DNA of 64,000 nt from an uncultured Pelagibacteraceae bacterium (GTDB lineage Bacteria; Pseudomonadota; Alphaproteobacteria; Pelagibacterales; Pelagibacteraceae), in contig CACBCE010000006.1 of assembly GCA_902537665.1 (NCBI GenBank), forward strand, positions 152 to 64,151. The letters are read 5' to 3'. Within the stretch, counting starts at the first letter, position 1. Each line of letters opens with the position of its first letter. The position numbers and the translations under genes are program-made. The notes under the pieces were generated by a model. The model made no database searches and was not told the origin of the DNA. It saw only the letters and a list, made by a program, of their open reading frames with translations. Below, piece by piece: positions 58,295 through 64,000 of the stretch.

Positions 58295-59764
58295 ATGACG
58301 GATCTAGAAAAGCACGTAAACCGACCTGGTAGAGACAAACAAGTTAAAAAAGTTAGAGAAAAAATTAACGAATTAGGAATTACTTATATTTATTATCAAT
58401 TTATTTCTGTAACAGGGAGAGTTGTGGGTAAAGGAATACCTGCAGATCATTGGGAAAGAACAGCAGAAAAAGGTTTTCAATTAGTATACGGGGCTACAGC
58501 AAACTTATTTTTAGATCGTCATAACAATTATATAGGTTATGGACCTGAAGCAATGGAATTAGTGGGTATCCCTGATCCAGAAACTTTCTGTCAATTACCA
58601 TGGGACAAAAGAGTTGGAAGAGTTTTTGTAACATGTTTCAGAAACAGAGAAGAAAGAAATAATCCTGGTGGACATTTAACCTCTGACTGTAGAGGAAATT
58701 TAAGAATTTTTATGGATGAATTCCAGAAAAAACATGGTTTAGAATTAAGAGTTGGAACTGAGCCTGAAATGATGTGGCTGACAAAAAATGATGACGGTAC
58801 TCCTACAGGAAAAGGGTTTTCAAAACCATTCTGTTATCACATAGATCAATTTGAGTCATTGAGACCAGTATTCATGAAAGTTATTGAATACGCAAAAGCT
58901 ATGGGTTTAGACATGATTCAAGGGGATCACGAGGATGCTCCGGGTCAATTAGAACTAAATTGGACTTATGACAACGTACTTCGAAATGCAGACAGACTAT
59001 CAACTTATAGACAAATATGTGCTCAGGTTGCTAGAGAACATAATCTAATTGCATGTTTTATGACCAAACCATTTATGGGAGTTTCTGCAAGTGGTTGTCA
59101 TACAAATATGTCTTTATGGAAAGGTGGAAAAATTAAAACAAATAAACTTGGACACAAATCTTTACCAGGAGTTGAAGAAGTTTTTGGTTATGTTGAAGGT
59201 GGAACTAATACGTTTATGCCTGATACGAAAGATGTGCAATTACCAGGTAAAATTGGTTTACAATCAATTGCAGGTATTATGGAACACCTTCCTGCTTTAA
59301 CAGCGTTAGGATCTTCAACGGTAAATTCTTATAGAAGATTGTGGGATCAAGGTTTTTGGGCACCTGTTTATGCTGACTGGGGTTACCAAAATAGAACTTG
59401 TGGATTAAGAGTTTCAGCGCCTGGAAGATTTGAATATAGATCTGTTGACTCAATGCATAATCCTTACTTGTTAGGTGCTGCATTATTAAAAGCATGTGAT
59501 CATGGAATAAGTAATAAAATGAAACCTGCAGATCCTGAGTCTAGAAATATTTACGAGGCTCAAAAAGCTGGAAAGGACGTCAAAAAACTTCCTTTAAGTT
59601 TAGGAGAAGCTTTGGATAGATTATCAGAAGATGAAGTAATTAAATCAGCTATGCCTGATGAAATGTATAAAGTTTTTCATTGGTATAAAAATGATGAATG
59701 GGAGAGATTTTTAGGAGCAACAACTCAATGGGATCTAGATACTTATCTAGATTGCTTACCATAA
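58295..59764 (+). CDS. gmaS: gamma-glutamylmethylamide synthetase (glutamine synthetase-like)
   Basis: GTEPE, DHEDAPGQLE, SGCHTNMS, NSYRRL, NRT, FEYR; directly upstream of mgsABC. Confidence 0.8.
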   Translation: MTDLEKHVNRPGRDKQVKKVREKINELGITYIYYQFISVTGRVVGKGIPADHWERTAEKGFQLVYGATANLFLDRHNNYIGYGPEAMELVGIPDPETFCQLPWDKRVGRVFVTCFRNREERNNPGGHLTSDCRGNLRIFMDEFQKKHGLELRVGTEPEMMWLTKNDDGTPTGKGFSKPFCYHIDQFESLRPVFMKVIEYAKAMGLDMIQGDHEDAPGQLELNWTYDNVLRNADRLSTYRQICAQVAREHNLIACFMTKPFMGVSASGCHTNMSLWKGGKIKTNKLGHKSLPGVEEVFGYVEGGTNTFMPDTKDVQLPGKIGLQSIAGIMEHLPALTALGSSTVNSYRRLWDQGFWAPVYADWGYQNRTCGLRVSAPGRFEYRSVDSMHNPYLLGAALLKACDHGISNKMKPADPESRNIYEAQKAGKDVKKLPLSLGEALDRLSEDEVIKSAMPDEMYKVFHWYKNDEWERFLGATTQWDLDTYLDCLP

Positions 59765-59788
59765 AAAATACGGAAAGAGGAAAAGTAT

Positions 59789-60733
59789 ATGTGCGGAATT
59801 GCGGGATTAATTCATAGAGGAAAATCTTCGAAAGTTGGTCATGAGCTTCAAGGTATGTTGCAAGCTCTGAAACATAGAGGAGAAGACTCTACAGGTTATG
59901 CTTTATACGGAGATACCGATGGAAAAAATTTTATCATGCGTTTTAAAGTTGGAGAAAATGTTGGTGAAGGTAGTACATCAGTTGCTGAAGATGTGTCTGT
60001 TTATGATGAAAGAAAAAAAATTGTTGATGGTTATCTTAATGAAATGGAAGCAAAAATTATCAAAGAGGAAAGGATACTCCCCTACTCATTAAGATATGAA
60101 ATAGAATATAATAAAAAAGATTTATTAGAATTTTCACAAAAGATTGAGAGCATTCCAGGAGTAGAAATACTTTCAATGGGTAAATCATTAGAAGTAATTA
60201 AAGATCTCGGAAACGCTAAGATGGTTTGTGATAGATATAATTTAGATAAACTTGTTGGTACTCACGCGATTGGGCATGCAAGAATGGCAACTGAGTCCGG
60301 TGTAGATATTAAATCTGCCCACCCATTCTGGGGTTATCCGTTTAGTGATGTATCAGTTGTTCATAATGGTCAACTTACAAATTATTGGAATAATAGAAGA
60401 GCTTTAGAAAATAAAGGAATGAGATTTATGTCTGAGTGTGACTCAGAACTTATTGCTGTTTATTTAGCAGAAAAAATGAGAGATGGCGCATCTTTAGAGG
60501 AAGGTATGAAAGAATCTCTTACTGGATTAGATGGCGTCTTTACTTATTTTGTAGCTACAAAAGACTCTCTAGGTATGGCAAAAGACACTATGGCCGCTAA
60601 ACCTTTAGTTTTGTATGAGTCTGATGATTTGGTAGCAATGGGTTCAGAAGAAATAGCAATTCGATCAATTTTACCACAAGAAATTGATACTTATGACCCG
60701 TTCGATGGAGAGGTAAAGGTATGGCAAATATAA
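59789..60733 (+). CDS. mgsA: N-methylglutamate synthase subunit A (class II GATase)
   Basis: N-terminal MCGIAG, GHARMATES, AHPF, HNGQLTN, DSE. Confidence 0.85.
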   Translation: MCGIAGLIHRGKSSKVGHELQGMLQALKHRGEDSTGYALYGDTDGKNFIMRFKVGENVGEGSTSVAEDVSVYDERKKIVDGYLNEMEAKIIKEERILPYSLRYEIEYNKKDLLEFSQKIESIPGVEILSMGKSLEVIKDLGNAKMVCDRYNLDKLVGTHAIGHARMATESGVDIKSAHPFWGYPFSDVSVVHNGQLTNYWNNRRALENKGMRFMSECDSELIAVYLAEKMRDGASLEEGMKESLTGLDGVFTYFVATKDSLGMAKDTMAAKPLVLYESDDLVAMGSEEIAIRSILPQEIDTYDPFDGEVKVWQI

Positions 60734-61575
60734 AAAGTGTTTCCAAAAAAACTAAAGCTCAAGCTATGGGTATGCACACTGAAGTTTTAACAGGACGAAC
60801 ACAACAAAAATTCTTTAATCCTGATGAAGCAGAAAATTTCTATTATTTTGGAACTCATGATGTCGATTTTAATAAAAGAACTGACCTTGATGTAAAAGAT
60901 ATGACCGCTGCAGAAGCGAATAAAGAAATAGATAATTTGATGGGACAAGGTTATGGAACAATCGTAATTAAAAACCCACAAGGAAAACATAGTTTAGGTG
61001 TTGGTATTTTAAATAAATTAAATTTAATTTTTGAGGGAAGTTTAGGATATTTTGGAATGGGTTCATGTGATGGTCCAATAGTTCGAATCAATGGGAGAGT
61101 TGGATGGTCATGTGCAGAAAATTTGATGGCAGGTAAAGTTGTAATTGAGAAAAATGCTGGATCTTGTTTTGGAGCTGCTATTAGAGGTGGAGATTTAATC
61201 TGTAAAGGTAGTGTAGGTGCTAGGACAGGTATTGATATGAAGGGTGGCACAATAATTATAGGTGGTGACGCGGGTGCATTTACTGGTTTTATGATGCAAA
61301 GAGGAAGAATCATCATCCTTGGTGATGTTGGTATAAATTTGGGCGATTCGATGTATGATGGGACAATTTTCGTAGGTGGAGAAATTGGCTCTTATGGTAG
61401 TGATGCTGTAGATGCCGAGTTGACTAAAAGTGATCAAGATTGGTTAAAAAGAAAATTGAAGGTCGCTGAGATCGGTGAAAACTTTGATGTAAGTAAAATG
61501 AAAAAAATTGTAGCGGGTAAAAAACTTTGGAATTACGATAACTTAGAACCTACTGAGAAAAAAGGAGCAATTTAA
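60721..61575 (+). CDS. mgsB: N-methylglutamate synthase subunit B (GXGXG domain)
   Basis: Gly-rich beta-helix repeats, AENLMAG, GIDMKGG. Confidence 0.85.
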   Translation: MANIKSVSKKTKAQAMGMHTEVLTGRTQQKFFNPDEAENFYYFGTHDVDFNKRTDLDVKDMTAAEANKEIDNLMGQGYGTIVIKNPQGKHSLGVGILNKLNLIFEGSLGYFGMGSCDGPIVRINGRVGWSCAENLMAGKVVIEKNAGSCFGAAIRGGDLICKGSVGARTGIDMKGGTIIIGGDAGAFTGFMMQRGRIIILGDVGINLGDSMYDGTIFVGGEIGSYGSDAVDAELTKSDQDWLKRKLKVAEIGENFDVSKMKKIVAGKKLWNYDNLEPTEKKGAI

Positions 61576-62993
61576 TGGCTAAGAAAAAAAAGAGAAAAAA
61601 TGGTAAATTAAAAACTAATGGTAACGTAGGTGGAAAAGCAGACGTCCATTTAAGTTCTAACGGTGGCAGAAATAAAAGTTTATTAGGTCATAATGCTATT
61701 TTCACACCAGAAGTAATTGATGATATTCATATTAAATCTCAGTTAGGAAGATACAGAATGCGTGGAATGGCATTGATGAAAAAAATTCCAACGTTTGATG
61801 ATTTAGTTTTCTTACCGGGAACTCTTACTAGATTCGTAATCGAAGGTTACAGAGAAAAATGTGAAACTAAAACTGTTATTGGACCAAGATGTGAAAATCC
61901 AATTGAATTAGATATTCCAGTTTATATTACTGGTATGAGTTTTGGTGCTTTATCTTATGAGGCAAAAACTGCATTAGCAAGAGGAGCTACAATGGCAGGT
62001 AGCGCAACATGTTCCGGTGAAGGTGGAATGATACCTGATGAAAGAAGATATTCTGAAAAATGGTTTTATCAATGTATTCAATCAAGATATGGATTTAACC
62101 CACATCACGCTCAACTAGCTGATGGAATAGAAGTTTTTATTGGACAAGGACAAAAAGTTGGTATGGGTGGTCACTTAATGGGTCAAAAAGTAACTGACCA
62201 AGTTGCTGAAATGAGATCACTACCTTCAGGTATTGACCAAAGATCTCCTGCGAGACATCCTGACTGGTTAGGTCCAGACGATTTAGCATTAAAAGTAGAG
62301 GAACTTAGACAGCTAACAAAAAATAAAGTTCCAATTCAATTAAAATTAGGTGCATCAAAGGTTTATGATGATGTTCGTATGGCTGCAAAATGTGATCCTG
62401 ACTCTATTTATTTAGATGGAATGGAAGGATCTACAGGAGCAGGTCCACACATCGCTGCTGCAAACACTGGTATACCTGGTATTGCAGCTATAAGAGAGGC
62501 GAGAAGAGCATTAGATGATGTAGGAAAAACTGGAAAAGTTACATTAATTTATGCTGGTGGTGTTAGAGATGGTGCTGATATGGCAAAAGCATTGGCTTTA
62601 GGTGCAGATGCGATAGCTATTGGTACAGGCTCTATGATTGCACTTAATTGTAACAAAGATATTCCAGAGGCAAATTTTGAAAAAGAAATGGGTGTAAAGG
62701 CTGGTGAATGTTATCACTGTCATACTGGAAGATGCCCTGTGGGAGTTGCTACACAAGATCCAAAATTAAGAGCAAGATTAAATCCTGACGATGCAGCTTT
62801 GAGAGTTTATAATTATTTACATTCAATGACACTTGAAGCCCAGTTATTAGCTAGAGCGTGTGGAAAAACAAACATACACTCTTTAGAACCTGAAGACTTA
62901 GCGGCACTTACTTCTGAAGCATCAGCTTTAGCAAAAGTTCCATTAGCAGGTACTAATTATACTGTTGGAGTAGATAACTTTCATAAAATTTAA
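61575..62993 (+). CDS. mgsC: N-methylglutamate synthase subunit C (FMN glutamate-synthase domain)
   Basis: GMSFGALS, SGEGG, DQRSPARHPDW, CYHCHTGRCPVGVATQD. Confidence 0.88.
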   Translation: MAKKKKRKNGKLKTNGNVGGKADVHLSSNGGRNKSLLGHNAIFTPEVIDDIHIKSQLGRYRMRGMALMKKIPTFDDLVFLPGTLTRFVIEGYREKCETKTVIGPRCENPIELDIPVYITGMSFGALSYEAKTALARGATMAGSATCSGEGGMIPDERRYSEKWFYQCIQSRYGFNPHHAQLADGIEVFIGQGQKVGMGGHLMGQKVTDQVAEMRSLPSGIDQRSPARHPDWLGPDDLALKVEELRQLTKNKVPIQLKLGASKVYDDVRMAAKCDPDSIYLDGMEGSTGAGPHIAAANTGIPGIAAIREARRALDDVGKTGKVTLIYAGGVRDGADMAKALALGADAIAIGTGSMIALNCNKDIPEANFEKEMGVKAGECYHCHTGRCPVGVATQDPKLRARLNPDDAALRVYNYLHSMTLEAQLLARACGKTNIHSLEPEDLAALTSEASALAKVPLAGTNYTVGVDNFHKI

Positions 62994-63001
62994 AGGTATC
63001 C

Positions 63002-63403
63002 ATGGCTAAAAAGAAAAAATCAAAATCAAAAGCAGTTTCTCTTCAACTAGGTAAAAAGAAAGAGACTGCTAGAGAGAAAATGATTGGTCAGTCAATCGGT
63101 TATCGATATGACGTAAATCTACTTCCAGATTACAAAAAAATGACACCATTTCTAAAAAAATATGTTGAGGCAATGGGTTGGGATGATCTTAATTGGCTAG
63201 AGGACGTTCATATGGGCTATGAAGAGGGAAGACCAGCTGTATTTTGTAGAAACGCAAACGGTTGGGTTACAATTCCATCATCAATTAAATTACCTGATAA
63301 TCAACAAGATAGAGATATGATAGCAAGAGAGCTTTTAGTGAAATTTCAAATGTCTCCAAAACATCCTCTCGTTGATTTAAAAAAAGCTTATCTAAAATTT
63401 TAA
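63002..63403 (+). CDS. hypothetical protein in mgs operon
   Basis: 133 aa, 8 nt after mgsC, Lys-rich N-terminus, WDDLNWLEDVHMGYE block. Confidence 0.8.
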   Translation: MAKKKKSKSKAVSLQLGKKKETAREKMIGQSIGYRYDVNLLPDYKKMTPFLKKYVEAMGWDDLNWLEDVHMGYEEGRPAVFCRNANGWVTIPSSIKLPDNQQDRDMIARELLVKFQMSPKHPLVDLKKAYLKF

Positions 63404-63528
63404 TTACACAATCTAAAGTTGATTATTTTTTAAAAACCTATTGTCAATATTAGGTTTTATTAGATTGTTTCGTTTGTAACAACTTTCTAAATTTTATAGG
63501 GTTTTAAAAAACTAATAGGAGAGAGAAT

Positions 63529-64000
63529 ATGACTGATCAGTTAGGTGCTCTTACTACTATATTTACAGAATTTTACTACTGGATAACGGTGGTGCTGATG
63601 TTTTTAATTCACGTTGGTTTCTGTATGTATGAAGTTGGAGCTTCTCGATACAAACACCATCAACATACTCTTATGAAAAACACGATGCTGATACCTTTGG
63701 TTACAGTAACATGGTTTTTATTTGGTTGGTGGATTTATTGGGCTTTCCCAACAGGACCTGGGATAGCACCTTCAATAATGAACGAAAGTACAGCTTTAAT
63801 CACCGATGATAGTTTGTTTAGTGCAAAATTTCAGGTGGCAACAAGTAGTATAATGGCAGTTAACCTTGGGGATCACATTAATGGTGTTTTCTGGGCTGCT
63901 TTTTTATTATTTTCTTGGACTGCTGCATCTATCGTTTCTGGAGCAATAATTGAAAGAATAACTACTTTTGCTTTTGGAATATTAGCAATAGCAATTGGTT
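63529..64000 (+). CDS. amt: ammonium transporter family protein (partial, runs off window)
   Basis: SD AGGAGAG; MTDQLGALTTIFTEFYYW..MFLIHVGFCMYEVG..MKN..SIVSGAIIER. Confidence 0.88.
   Translation, partial: MTDQLGALTTIFTEFYYWITVVLMFLIHVGFCMYEVGASRYKHHQHTLMKNTMLIPLVTVTWFLFGWWIYWAFPTGPGIAPSIMNESTALITDDSLFSAKFQVATSSIMAVNLGDHINGVFWAAFLLFSWTAASIVSGAIIERITTFAFGILAIAIG

Noticed and set aside
3746-61437. Numerous 60-120 aa ORFs antisense or out-of-frame within long genes (e.g. 20658-20990, 50529-50894, 60951-61316)
   Set aside because: Shadow ORFs of well-supported genes with no motifs
58295-62993. Ordinary glutamine synthetase and glutamate synthase (GS-GOGAT)
   Set aside because: Split three-gene GltB-like layout next to tdm/tmm fits GmaS and MgsABC better

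Overview
Very AT-rich, gene-dense window with tiny intergenic gaps. Gene content and style point to a SAR11 (Ca. Pelagibacter) alphaproteobacterial chromosome; this is inferred, not searched. Left part: isocitrate lyase, a YadGH-type ABC-2 pair, a ThiV-like sodium:solute symporter behind an atypical TPP-riboswitch-like leader, a structured intergenic region, cytochrome c'/b561, persulfide dioxygenase, AzlCD and the SfuABC/Fbp iron ABC transporter with tandem Fur-type boxes. Middle: LysR, AcuI, FolE, HisI, two 2OG-Fe(II) oxygenases, dimethylglycine dehydrogenase with EtfBA/ETF-QO, a kinase/nucleotidyltransferase pair, MetF-like and DmdA/GcvT-like genes, an uncharacterised dipeptidase operon, purEK and csp. 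Right part: a methylated-amine/C1 supercluster (soxBDAG/mgd, fhs, tmm, tmoXWV, tdm, an orphan FAD oxidoreductase, gmaS, mgsABC, an atypical Amt). No rRNA, tRNA, CRISPR or mobile element was seen. Top leads: (1) a TPP riboswitch variant with an intact pyrimidine sensor but altered pyrophosphate sensor; (2) a candidate enzyme for the dimethylamine-to-methylamine step; (3) a micro-ORF/sRNA locus at 5.1-5.4 kb; (4) the dipeptidase/550-aa/DUF3726/Zn-finger operon; (5) the MetF + DmdA-like demethylase module.
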